Source: an uncultured Thermus sp.
Lineage (GTDB): Bacteria; Deinococcota; Deinococci; Deinococcales; Thermaceae
Length of the DNA stretch: 64,000 nucleotides
Assembly (NCBI GenBank): GCA_947085095.1
Contig: CAMTVD010000006.1
Span: forward strand, 20,911 to 84,910
Direction: 5' to 3'
Part shown: piece after piece, positions 55,273 through 63,382 of the stretch
Position numbering within the stretch: position 1 is the stretch's first letter
Layout: each line of letters opens with the position of its first letter
Position numbers and translations under genes: made by a program
The notes under the pieces: model-generated
The model's input: the letters and a program-made list of their open reading frames with translations, nothing else
The model's database searches: none
What the model was told of the DNA's origin: nothing

Positions 55273-58041
55273 CTACTGTACCCCCTTGAGGGCCTTCTTG
55301 AAGATCTCGGGGGCGAAGGCCTTCAGGGCCCTAAGGAACCCCGTGGCCCCCCGGGCCCGCCCGGGAATCACGTGGACCGGCACCCCTAGGCGCTCCGCCT
55401 CCAGGCGCACCGGCTCGGAGAGGTCATGGCCCACGTAGCTGGAGACGATCATGAGACCGTGGGCCCTCTCCAAACGGCCCAGGATGCGCCTCAGGGCCTC
55501 CTTGCCCACCCCGGCGCTGTCGGCATCGTACCAGTCCACCTTGAGGCCCCGGGCCTCCAGAAAGGGGAGGAGGCGGCTTCGGAGCTGGGTGTGCCCCCCC
55601 ACCACCAGGAGGTGCTCCCCGTGGAAGCGGGGTAAAGCCTCCTCCAGAAGCTCCTCCTTGCCCTCGGGGAGCCCGGGAGCCTCCTCCCCCAGGGCCTTGA
55701 GCCCCCGCCCGATCCCCTTGAGCTCCTCCAGGTAAAGGCCCAGGCTCTCGTCGTGGGGCCGGAGGAAGAGGAGGTTTCTCAGGATTTCCCGGGAAAGCTC
55801 CAGGTCCTTCTCCCGGTAGAGGGCCACCTCCAAGGCCTTCTGCCAGTACTCCGCCGCTTGGCGCCACTGGCCCTGGACCTCGTGGTGCTCCGCCAGGTCA
55901 AAGAGGACCTCGAGGGCCTGGGGGTGGTCCCGGTGCTCGGCCAGGAGGATCCCTTCCGCCTCCTCTACCCGCCCCGCCCCGTAAAGGGCCGCCAGATACT
56001 GGCCCCGCACCGCCTGGGCCTCGGGGCTTTCCCGGAAGGAGCGGGAGAGGCGGTAGGCCAGGGAGAGGAGCTCCAGGGGGGGGCTGGGGGTGCGGCCCAA
56101 GGCCTGGTAGAGCAGGTTGAAGGCGGCCCAAGGGCCCTCGAGGCGCTCCAGAAGCGCAAGCAGGCCCATGAGGTCCTCCTCCGCCACCTCGGCCAGCCCC
56201 GCGTCCCGGGCCCGGGAGAGGAGCTCGCGGGCCATCACCTCCTCCCCCCCCTTGAGGGCCTCCTGGGCCAGGCGGAAGAGGTAGGAGGCGGGGTAGGCCC
56301 GGTGGGCGTGGGCCCGCTTGTGGTCCCCCAGGACCTCCCGCAAGGGGCGCTTGAGGGCCCGCTTCACCTCGGCCAGGTGGTGGAAGGCCATGCCCGCCAC
56401 CTCCCCCTCCCCGTGCTGGGCGGCCCTCTCCAAAAGGCGCAGAGCCTCGAGGAAGCGCCCCTCCCGCTCGCGGAGCACCCCGAGGAGGAGGAGGGCCTCA
56501 GGGATCTCCACCCGGGCCAGGGCCTCGGTGAGGTAGGGCTCCACCCCCTTCAGGTCCTCCTTCACCGTCCCCCGGTAGTCCAAGGGGGAACGCAGGCGCA
56601 GGTGGGTCAGGGCCAGTCCCAAAAAGCCCTCCGCTTCGTCCAGGTCGGCAAGCCTCCTGGCGTAGCGCTCCGCCCGGGCGAAAAGCCCCTGAAGGAGGGC
56701 CGCCCTTAGCCCCAGCCGGAGCATCTCCCGGGTGAGGAGACCAGGGGAGAGGTCCTCCACGAACTCCGCCCGGCGGCTCACCTCGGCCCACTCCCCCTCC
56801 CGGGCGAAGCGGCGCATGCGCTCATGGATGCGCTCCAGGGCCTCCCGCACGTAGACCTCCGCCTCGGGAAGCCCCGACTCCACGAACTGCCTCAGGGCAT
56901 CCGCATACCTCCCCTCCGCCAGGTAGACCCTGCCCAGGGCCAGGCGGTACCGCCCGCCCCGGGAGGCCAGGCCCTCGAGGCGGCGCCTGGCCCGCTCGTA
57001 CTCCCCAAGCTCCACCAGCACTAAAGCCCTGAGGTCCTCCGCCTCCTCGGAGAAGGCCCGCTTCAGGGCCTCTTCCGCCTCGGCGAAGCGGGAGAGGGCG
57101 TAAAGGGCCCGCCCCCGGAGGTAGGCCGCCTCCCCTTCCGCCTCCTCGGGGATGCGGGAAAGCACCTCCTTGTAGGCCCCCCGTTCCAAAAGGGCCCGCA
57201 CCTCCTCCAGGTCCATCCCCTGGACCAAGAGGGGCACGGGCTCCGCCAAAAGCTCCTCCAGGGCCTCCTCCTCCCAAAAGGCCGCCTCGAGGGCCTGGGG
57301 CCTGCGGGCCAGGACCAGGAAATACTCCCCCTCCCCCACCCGCTCCACCTCCAAAAAGCCCAAGCGCCTCAGCCCCTCCTCCACCCCCTCGGGGCTCTTC
57401 CCCAAAAAGGGCCCGTGGCCGTAGACGAAGAGCCCCCCCGGCCTTAAGAGGCGCACGAACTGGGGCAGGCGCTCAAAAAAGGAAAAGCGCTTCCAGAAGG
57501 CCTCGGGGGGCAGGCGGCTCTCCAGCTCCTGGTCCACCAGGCCCTCGGGAAAGACGGAGAGGAGGAGGAGGGTATCAAAGGGCGGCAGCTCCGCCTCCTC
57601 CGCCCAGCCCAGGTGCCAAGTAACCTCCGGCACCCGCTTCCTTCCCACCTCCACCGCCTCCTCCACCCCCTCCAGGGCGTGCCAGGGGAGCTCCGGGCGC
57701 TTCCCCTGAAGGTAGCCCACCAGGGCCCCGGTGAAGGCCCCCACCTCCAGCACCCGGCCCTCCACCCGGTGGGGCACCTCCTTGGCGTAGAACTCCAGGA
57801 AGGGGAGGTGCATGCCGTAGACCAAGGCCTCCCCCTTGGGAACCTTGAGGACCTCCTCGTAAAAACTTCGCACCGCCTCCCGCCCACCCCCGGAAAGGTA
57901 GGCCCGCCAGGCCCTGAGGAGGGGGGCCCTTCTGGCGGGACTCCCCACCCGCTTGGCCAGCTCGGCTTCAAAGCGCCCCGGGGCCAAGGGCCCCAGGACG
58001 CCGAAACGCTCCTTCAGGTAAAGCCTAAGCTCGTCCGGCAT
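55273..58041 (-). CDS. Large multidomain protein: N-terminal class I SAM-methyltransferase-like fold, central TPR-like region, C-terminal DUF2325-like domain
   Basis: An RVLEVGAFTGAL motif-I-like segment. About 500 aa of Ala/Leu/Glu/Arg-rich helical repeats. The C-terminal HLLVVGGH...MIVSSYVGHDLS...GVPVHVIPG resembles DUF2325. Confidence 0.75.
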   Translation of the reverse strand: MPDELRLYLKERFGVLGPLAPGRFEAELAKRVGSPARRAPLLRAWRAYLSGGGREAVRSFYEEVLKVPKGEALVYGMHLPFLEFYAKEVPHRVEGRVLEVGAFTGALVGYLQGKRPELPWHALEGVEEAVEVGRKRVPEVTWHLGWAEEAELPPFDTLLLLSVFPEGLVDQELESRLPPEAFWKRFSFFERLPQFVRLLRPGGLFVYGHGPFLGKSPEGVEEGLRRLGFLEVERVGEGEYFLVLARRPQALEAAFWEEEALEELLAEPVPLLVQGMDLEEVRALLERGAYKEVLSRIPEEAEGEAAYLRGRALYALSRFAEAEEALKRAFSEEAEDLRALVLVELGEYERARRRLEGLASRGGRYRLALGRVYLAEGRYADALRQFVESGLPEAEVYVREALERIHERMRRFAREGEWAEVSRRAEFVEDLSPGLLTREMLRLGLRAALLQGLFARAERYARRLADLDEAEGFLGLALTHLRLRSPLDYRGTVKEDLKGVEPYLTEALARVEIPEALLLLGVLREREGRFLEALRLLERAAQHGEGEVAGMAFHHLAEVKRALKRPLREVLGDHKRAHAHRAYPASYLFRLAQEALKGGEEVMARELLSRARDAGLAEVAEEDLMGLLALLERLEGPWAAFNLLYQALGRTPSPPLELLSLAYRLSRSFRESPEAQAVRGQYLAALYGAGRVEEAEGILLAEHRDHPQALEVLFDLAEHHEVQGQWRQAAEYWQKALEVALYREKDLELSREILRNLLFLRPHDESLGLYLEELKGIGRGLKALGEEAPGLPEGKEELLEEALPRFHGEHLLVVGGHTQLRSRLLPFLEARGLKVDWYDADSAGVGKEALRRILGRLERAHGLMIVSSYVGHDLSEPVRLEAERLGVPVHVIPGRARGATGFLRALKAFAPEIFKKALKGVQ

Positions 58042-58080
58042 TTACCGGGAGTTTACCAAACCTCCCGGGAAGATGCCAGG

Positions 58081-59103
58081 CTAAGCGGGGACCTCCGCCC
58101 GAAAGAGGTCGGCGTAGCGGCGCTTGGCCCGCATGGGGGCCCGGTGCCAGACGTAGGAGGCCAGGAGGGGGAAGGCCAAGGTGGCCTCGGCGAAGACCAT
58201 CTGGGAAAGGGCGGCGTCCACCTTGCCCCAGCTCTGGGCCTCGGAGAGGGTGGAGCCGGAAAGCCCCCCGTCCCTCTCGTCGGCCACGGTGATCTGGATG
58301 GCGTACTTGTGCATCTCCACCTGGTGGCCCAGGACCTCGGCGGCCACCACGATGTCCTGGGCGAAGTTCTTGGGCACCCCGCCCCCCAGCATGACCAGGC
58401 CCGTGGTCCCCGCCTTCAGCTTGATCTCGGTGAGCTCGCGGAAGTCGGCCACGGAATCTATGGCCACGTGGGCCTTGGGGTTTTTCACCTGGTGGTAGAC
58501 GAGGCCGAAGCCCGCCGAGGAGTCGGAGAAGGCGGGGACGAAGATGGGCACCCCCTCCTCATAGGCGGCCCGCACGATGCTCTTCTCCCCCAGGCCCCTT
58601 TCGGCCAGGTAACGGCCCATGTGCCAGATGAACTCCCGGCTGGAGTAAGGACGGGGCGGGAGGGCGTCGGCGATCTCAGCGATGGTGTAGTCCGTGTGGC
58701 GGAGCTCCTCCTCGTCAATGTAGGTGTCGTAGATGCGGTCAATCCAAAGCCGCCTCAGGGTCTCGTCGTCGGCCTTGGGGTCCCCCTGGTAGTGGCGGTG
58801 GCCCAGGGCCTCAAAGAAGTCCTGGTCCACGATGTTGGCCCCTGTGGCCACGATGGCGTCCACCAGGCCCTTCCTGATGAGGTCGTGGATGATGAGGCCC
58901 TGGCCGGCGGAAACCAGGCTCCCCGCCAGGGTGAGGATGACGGCGGCCTCATCCTCCAGCATCCTGAGGTAGATCTCCGCCGCCCGGTGGAGGTTCCTGG
59001 CCTGGAAGGCCGTCTTGCCCATGGCCTCCAGGATGGGCCCGGCGTCAAAGGCCTTGATGTCAATGGGGACCACGGGCGTAGAGAGGAGGTCCTTCTTCTC
59101 CAT
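58081..59103 (-). CDS. Deoxyhypusine synthase family protein
   Basis: Motifs LAGSLVSAGQG, VATGANIVDQD and GGGVPKNF. 340 aa. SD AAAGGAG lies upstream of the ATG. Confidence 0.85.
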   Translation of the reverse strand: MEKKDLLSTPVVPIDIKAFDAGPILEAMGKTAFQARNLHRAAEIYLRMLEDEAAVILTLAGSLVSAGQGLIIHDLIRKGLVDAIVATGANIVDQDFFEALGHRHYQGDPKADDETLRRLWIDRIYDTYIDEEELRHTDYTIAEIADALPPRPYSSREFIWHMGRYLAERGLGEKSIVRAAYEEGVPIFVPAFSDSSAGFGLVYHQVKNPKAHVAIDSVADFRELTEIKLKAGTTGLVMLGGGVPKNFAQDIVVAAEVLGHQVEMHKYAIQITVADERDGGLSGSTLSEAQSWGKVDAALSQMVFAEATLAFPLLASYVWHRAPMRAKRRYADLFRAEVPA

Positions 59104-59386
59104 GCTTCTCCTTTCTACGCGGGGTGGGCGTTGGGCGGCTCCCCCCCTTTCGCGCCCCCTGCCCCTTGCGGCAGGACCCTAAGTATACCACCCCCCGGAT
59201 GGGAGGGTAGACCTCCAAAATCCCCTCCACCTCCTCGTCCAGGCCCACCACCCGGTTTGCCACCGCCAGAAGCCAGGCCTCCTCCAGGGGGATGCCTAGC
59301 TTCTCCAGGGCCTCCCTCGGGGTCCTGGCCTCCACCTCCAGGCGTTCCCCAAACCGCCTCAGGTCCCCGTGGAGGATCACCACCAT
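59060..59386 (-). CDS. ThiS/MoaD-like beta-grasp (ubiquitin-fold) protein with a non-canonical C-terminus
   Basis: MVVILHGD...LAVANRVVGLDEEVEGILEVYPPIRG fits the ThiS/MoaD pattern, but then continues for 43 aa instead of ending in GG. TGATG coupling to the upstream gene. The last 44 nt overlap the DHS-like gene. Confidence 0.5.
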   Translation of the reverse strand: MVVILHGDLRRFGERLEVEARTPREALEKLGIPLEEAWLLAVANRVVGLDEEVEGILEVYPPIRGVVYLGSCRKGQGARKGGSRPTPTPRRKEKHGEEGPPLYARGPH

Positions 59387-60273
59387 CAGTACCCCTCCCG
59401 CACCACGTTGAGAAGGGGCTCCCCCCGCAGGTACCGCTCCACCTGCTCCCGGAGGAAGCGGGCCGCCCGCCGGTTGAACCCCTGGGAAAGCCCCGCCACA
59501 TGGGGGGTGAGGAGGAGGCCGGGGGCCCGCCATAGGGGATGGTCCTCGGGCAGGGGCTCGGGGTCGGTGACGTCCAGGGCGGCGCGAATCCGCCCCGCTC
59601 TGAGGACTTCCAAAAGGGCCTCGGTGTCCACCAGCCCCCCCCGCCCGGCGTTCACGAGGATGGCCCCCTCTTTCATGGCCAGGAGGAAGTCCCGGTCCAC
59701 AATCCGGTGGGTCTCGGGGGTGAGGGGAAGGAGGAGGACCACGGCGTCCGCCCGGGGGAGGAGGTGGGGCAGGTCCTCCCGGGTGTAGACCCCGGGCCGG
59801 GGGTGCTTGGCCACGGGGAGGACCTCCACCCCAAAGGGCTTAAGCCTCTTCTCCACCGCCCGCCCGAGGGAACCGTAGCCCAAAAGGAGGACGGCCTTGC
59901 CCTCCAGGTCGGCAAGCCGCCTAGGGGCCCAGCGGGCCTCCTCCTGGGCCCTAAGGAAGCCCGGCAGGTCCTTGAGGAGGGCCAGGAGGGCCATCACCAC
60001 CCACTCGGCCACAGGGGCATCGTGGATGCCGGAGCCGTCGCAGAGGACCACCCCCGGGGGGACAAGGGGCAGGATCCAGTCCACCCCCGCGGAAAGGGTC
60101 TGGACCACCTTGACCTCCACCGCCTCCAGCACCTTGCGCACCACCTCCTCCTGGCCGAAGGGGGGGATGAAGAGGTCCACCGCCTTGGGCCAGGGTTCGT
60201 CCAAAGGGCGCACCTCCACCCCCTCCGGCAGGAGGGCGAAGACCTCTCTAAGCCTCGGGGCTAAAATCCTCAC
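59386..60273 (-). CDS. D-isomer-specific 2-hydroxyacid dehydrogenase family protein
   Basis: NAD motif LLGYGSLGRAV, then NAGRGGLVD and LTPHVAG. The GTG start at 60273 overlaps the end of the GNAT gene by 26 nt. Confidence 0.85.
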   Translation of the reverse strand: MRILAPRLREVFALLPEGVEVRPLDEPWPKAVDLFIPPFGQEEVVRKVLEAVEVKVVQTLSAGVDWILPLVPPGVVLCDGSGIHDAPVAEWVVMALLALLKDLPGFLRAQEEARWAPRRLADLEGKAVLLLGYGSLGRAVEKRLKPFGVEVLPVAKHPRPGVYTREDLPHLLPRADAVVLLLPLTPETHRIVDRDFLLAMKEGAILVNAGRGGLVDTEALLEVLRAGRIRAALDVTDPEPLPEDHPLWRAPGLLLTPHVAGLSQGFNRRAARFLREQVERYLRGEPLLNVVREGY

Positions 60274-60778
60274 GGCGCACCTCCATGTACACGTCCTCCC
60301 TCCCCTTGGGGCCAGGGCCCACACCCACTTCCCGAAAACCCGCCTTCTCAAAGGCCCGCCTGGCTCTCAGGTTGTGGGCGAAGGTGCGGAGCTTCACCCG
60401 CTTCAGGCCCAAAGGACCGAAGGCGTAGGCCAAGAGGGCCCGCACCGCCTCGGTGCCGTAGCCCTGGCCCCAGCGGTCCTTGCGGCCGATCAGGATGCCC
60501 AAGGTGGCCTGCTCCCCAGGGACGAGATCGTAGAGTTCCGCCGTCCCCAGGTACCGCTCCCCCTCGTCCAGGATGGCGAAGGCCAGGCGGTCTTTTCGCC
60601 TGGTTTCCGCCAGGACGAAACGCTTGAAGAGCCAAAATGGGGTGCGCAGGGGGCTTGAGCCGTTCCACTCGGCGATCTCGGGGTCGCGGAAGGTCTCGTA
60701 AAGCCCCCTCCACTCCTCCTCGGAAAGCCCGGCGGAGAAGGGCTTCAGCACCACCCGGCCAAAGCGGGGCCAGTCCAC
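60248..60778 (-). CDS. GNAT family N-acetyltransferase (RimJ/RimL-like)
   Basis: Motif WGQGYGTEAVRALLAYAF...L.R..L..F..N..A...FEK.GF. The start is GTG at 60778 or TTG at 60781, just after the gdhB stop. Confidence 0.8.
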   Translation of the reverse strand: MDWPRFGRVVLKPFSAGLSEEEWRGLYETFRDPEIAEWNGSSPLRTPFWLFKRFVLAETRRKDRLAFAILDEGERYLGTAELYDLVPGEQATLGILIGRKDRWGQGYGTEAVRALLAYAFGPLGLKRVKLRTFAHNLRARRAFEKAGFREVGVGPGPKGREDVYMEVRREDFSPEA

Positions 60779-60788
60779 CAAGAAAAGC

Positions 60789-62063
60789 TTACGGGTAAAG
60801 GCCCCGGAGGGCGCGGGCCTCGAGGACCCGGGTGGCCGCCACCACATAGGCGGCGGTGCGCAAGGAGATCTTCTTCTCCTCCGCCATCTGCCACACCGCC
60901 TCAAGGGCGTTCCGCAGCACCCTTTCCAGGCGGGCGTTGATCTCCTCCTCGGTCCAGAAGTAGGAGTTGAAGTCCTGGACCCACTCAAAGTAGCTCACGG
61001 TCACGCCCCCGGCGTTGGCGATCACATCCGGCACCACCAGGACCCCCTTCTCCTGGAGGATGTCGTCGGCGGCGGGGGTGGTGGGGCCGTTGGCCCCCTC
61101 GGCCAGGATTTTGGCCTGGATGCGCCAGGCGTTGTGCTCGGTGATCTGCTTCTCCAGGGCAGCGGGGATCAGGAACTCCGTGGGGATGGCCCAGAACTCG
61201 GCGCTGGGCAGGGGCTCGGCCTTGGGGTAGCCCCGCACTCCCCCCATCTCGGCCACGTAGCGCGAGAGGTCGTAAGGGTCAATGCCCGCCTCATGGTAGA
61301 TGGTCCCCGTGTGGTCCTGGACAGCGATGATCCGGGCCCCGTGGTCGTGGAAGATGCGGGCGGCGGCGTTGCCCACGTTGCCGAAGCCCTGGAGGACGAC
61401 CCGGCTGCCCTCCACGGGCAGGCCGACCTTGGCGGCGGCGGCGGCGGCGGTGACGAAGACCCCCCGCCCCGTGGCGTCCCGCCGGCCCAGGGACCCCCCC
61501 AAGGCGATGGGCTTCCCCGTCACCACCCCGGGGACGGTGCGCCCCACGTTCATGGAGAAGGTGTCCATCATCCAGGCCATCTCCCGCTCTCCCGTGTTCA
61601 CGTCGGGGGCGGGGATGTCCCGGTCCGGCCCCAGGAGGGTGCCGATCTCCGAGGTGTACCGCCGGGTGAGGCGCTCCAGCTCGTGGCTGGAAAGTTTCTT
61701 GGGATCCACCCGGATCCCCCCCTTGCCCCCGCCATAGGGCAGACCCACGGCGGCGTTCTTGATGGTCATCCAGGCGGCCAGGGCCATGACCTCGGAGAGG
61801 GTCACCTCGGGGTGGTAGCGCACCCCGCCTTTGGCGGGCCCGCGGGCGGTGTTGTGGTGCACCCGGTAGCCCTCAAAGTGGGCCACGGTGCCGTCGTCCA
61901 TGTGGATGGGCACGTCCACGATGAGGACGCGTTTGGGTCTTTTCAGGCTCTCCGCCAAGGGAGCAAGCCGCCCCAGGTAGGGGATGACCCGGTCTATCTG
62001 TTCGGTGAAGATCTCCCATGGACCGCCGTCCTTGCCCAGGTAGGAAAGGGGTTCGCTCTTCAT
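60789..62063 (-). CDS. gdhB: Glutamate dehydrogenase, catalytic-type subunit
   Basis: Motifs [11 protein letters not shown], the catalytic-lysine motif PYGGGKGG, and GFGNVG (NAD(P) site). Confidence 0.9.
   Translation of the reverse strand: MKSEPLSYLGKDGGPWEIFTEQIDRVIPYLGRLAPLAESLKRPKRVLIVDVPIHMDDGTVAHFEGYRVHHNTARGPAKGGVRYHPEVTLSEVMALAAWMTIKNAAVGLPYGGGKGGIRVDPKKLSSHELERLTRRYTSEIGTLLGPDRDIPAPDVNTGEREMAWMMDTFSMNVGRTVPGVVTGKPIALGGSLGRRDATGRGVFVTAAAAAAKVGLPVEGSRVVLQGFGNVGNAAARIFHDHGARIIAVQDHTGTIYHEAGIDPYDLSRYVAEMGGVRGYPKAEPLPSAEFWAIPTEFLIPAALEKQITEHNAWRIQAKILAEGANGPTTPAADDILQEKGVLVVPDVIANAGGVTVSYFEWVQDFNSYFWTEEEINARLERVLRNALEAVWQMAEEKKISLRTAAYVVAATRVLEARALRGLYP
61431..61450. repeat. (GGC)6 trinucleotide microsatellite inside gdhB (encodes Ala6)
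   Basis: Read directly: ggcggcggcggcggcggcgg. The protein segment is [10 protein letters not shown]. Confidence 0.9.
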
Positions 62064-62074
62064 ACACGCTCCTT

Positions 62075-63334
62075 TTAGGGATAGACGCCGCGAAGCCGCG
62101 TGGCCTCGTTCAGCCTTTCCAGGGCCAGGGCCAAGGCCCCGGTGCGCAGGTCGCCATTAAGGGCCTCCGCCTTGGCGCACACCTCGGCCACCGCCTTGGC
62201 CACGCTCTTGGCGAAGCTCTGCCGCACCTCCTCCTCGCTCCAGAAGAACATGTTGAGGTCCTGCACCCACTCCAAGTAGCTTGCGAGAAGCCCCCCGCCC
62301 CCGGTGAGGAGATCGGGCACCACCATGACCCCCTTGCCCAGGAGGTAGGCCTCCGCCTCCTGGGTGAGGCCGAAGTTGGCGGCCTCCAGGACCGCCTTGG
62401 CCTGGAGCGCCTTAGCCCCCTCTTCGTCCAGGGCCCCCTCGAGGGCCGCCAGGACCAGATAGTCCACGGGCAGGGCGAAAAGCTCCTCTGGGGAAAGGTC
62501 GTACCGGGGAAGCTCCCCGGTGGCCTCGTAATGGCGGAGCACCGCCTCCACGGGCAGTCCCTCCTCCTGGTACATGGTCCCCCGGGAGGTGGAAACCGCC
62601 ACCACCTTGAGCCCTAGGGCCGCCGCATGAAGGGCAAAGGTGCCCCCCACCTGGCCAAAGCCCTGGACCGCCACCCTGGCTCCCCGGAGGGGAAGCCCCC
62701 GCCTTTGGGAAAGCTCCAGGAGGACCCGGGCCACCCCGTACCCAGCGGCATCGTCCCGGCCCTCGGTACCCCCCAGGGCGTGGGGCTTGCCCGTGACCAC
62801 CCCAGGCACCGTGGAGCCCACGGTCATGGAGTAGGTGTCCATGATCCAGGCCATCACCTGCTGGTCCGTGCCCACGTCCGGGCCCAGGATGTCAATGTCG
62901 GGGCCAATGAGGTTGACCAGCTCCGCGGTGTAGCGGCGCGTAAGCCGCTCCAGCTCCCTCTTGGAAAGCCCCCTGGGGTCCACGGCCACCCCCCCCGCCG
63001 CCCCCCCGAAGGGCAGATCGTAGACCGCGGCCTTGAGGGTCATCCAGGCGGCCAGGCCCGCCGTCTGCCCCAGGGTTACCCCGGGATGGAAGCGCACCCC
63101 TCCCTTGGCCGGCCCCCGGGCGATGTCGTGCACCACCCGGTAGCCCTGGAAGACCCGCACCTTGCCGTCGTCCATGACCACCGGCAGGGAGACGGTGACG
63201 AGCCTTTTGGGGTGGGCCAGGTACTCCACCGTGGTGGGGTGGATCTCCGCCACCTTCAGGGTCTTCTCCAAACGCTCCAGGAAGGCGTCCCAAAGGCCGG
63301 GATCCTCCGGAGGGCGGTATGCGGGGATGGCCAT
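62075..63334 (-). CDS. gdhA: Glutamate dehydrogenase paralog lacking the catalytic lysine (regulatory-type subunit)
   Basis: It has a GDH fold ([17 protein letters not shown]), but the GGGKGG motif reads GGAAGG. The ATG at 63334 is preferred over the track start at 63376. Confidence 0.85.
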   Translation of the reverse strand: MAIPAYRPPEDPGLWDAFLERLEKTLKVAEIHPTTVEYLAHPKRLVTVSLPVVMDDGKVRVFQGYRVVHDIARGPAKGGVRFHPGVTLGQTAGLAAWMTLKAAVYDLPFGGAAGGVAVDPRGLSKRELERLTRRYTAELVNLIGPDIDILGPDVGTDQQVMAWIMDTYSMTVGSTVPGVVTGKPHALGGTEGRDDAAGYGVARVLLELSQRRGLPLRGARVAVQGFGQVGGTFALHAAALGLKVVAVSTSRGTMYQEEGLPVEAVLRHYEATGELPRYDLSPEELFALPVDYLVLAALEGALDEEGAKALQAKAVLEAANFGLTQEAEAYLLGKGVMVVPDLLTGGGGLLASYLEWVQDLNMFFWSEEEVRQSFAKSVAKAVAEVCAKAEALNGDLRTGALALALERLNEATRLRGVYP

Positions 63335-63350
63335 GCTCTCACCGAGGGGG

Positions 63351-63372
63351 ATTATACCCTCCTGGAGGAGGG
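63351..63372 (-). promoter_or_regulatory. Consensus -10 TATAAT preceded by the inverted repeat CCCTCCT-cc-AGGAGGG
   Basis: The minus strand reads CCCTCCTccAGGAGGGTATAATcccctcggtgagagcATG. The hairpin begins 10 nt after the stop of the upstream polyprenyl synthase gene. It could act as a terminator, an operator, or both. Confidence 0.4.
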
Positions 63373-63382
63373 ACAAACCGCC

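Noticed and set aside
58042-58080. Inverted repeat CCGGGAG-N10-CTCCCGG between the DHS-like gene and the 922-aa gene, as a possible terminator
   Set aside because: The stem is only 7 bp, the loop is 10 nt and there is no U-tract. The genes on either side look co-transcribed. This is too weak to report as a feature.
57613-59535. 640-aa plus-strand ORF across the TPR protein, the DHS-like gene and the Ubl gene
   Set aside because: It is antisense to three minus-strand genes that have clear family motifs. The composition is low-complexity and Pro/Gly-rich.
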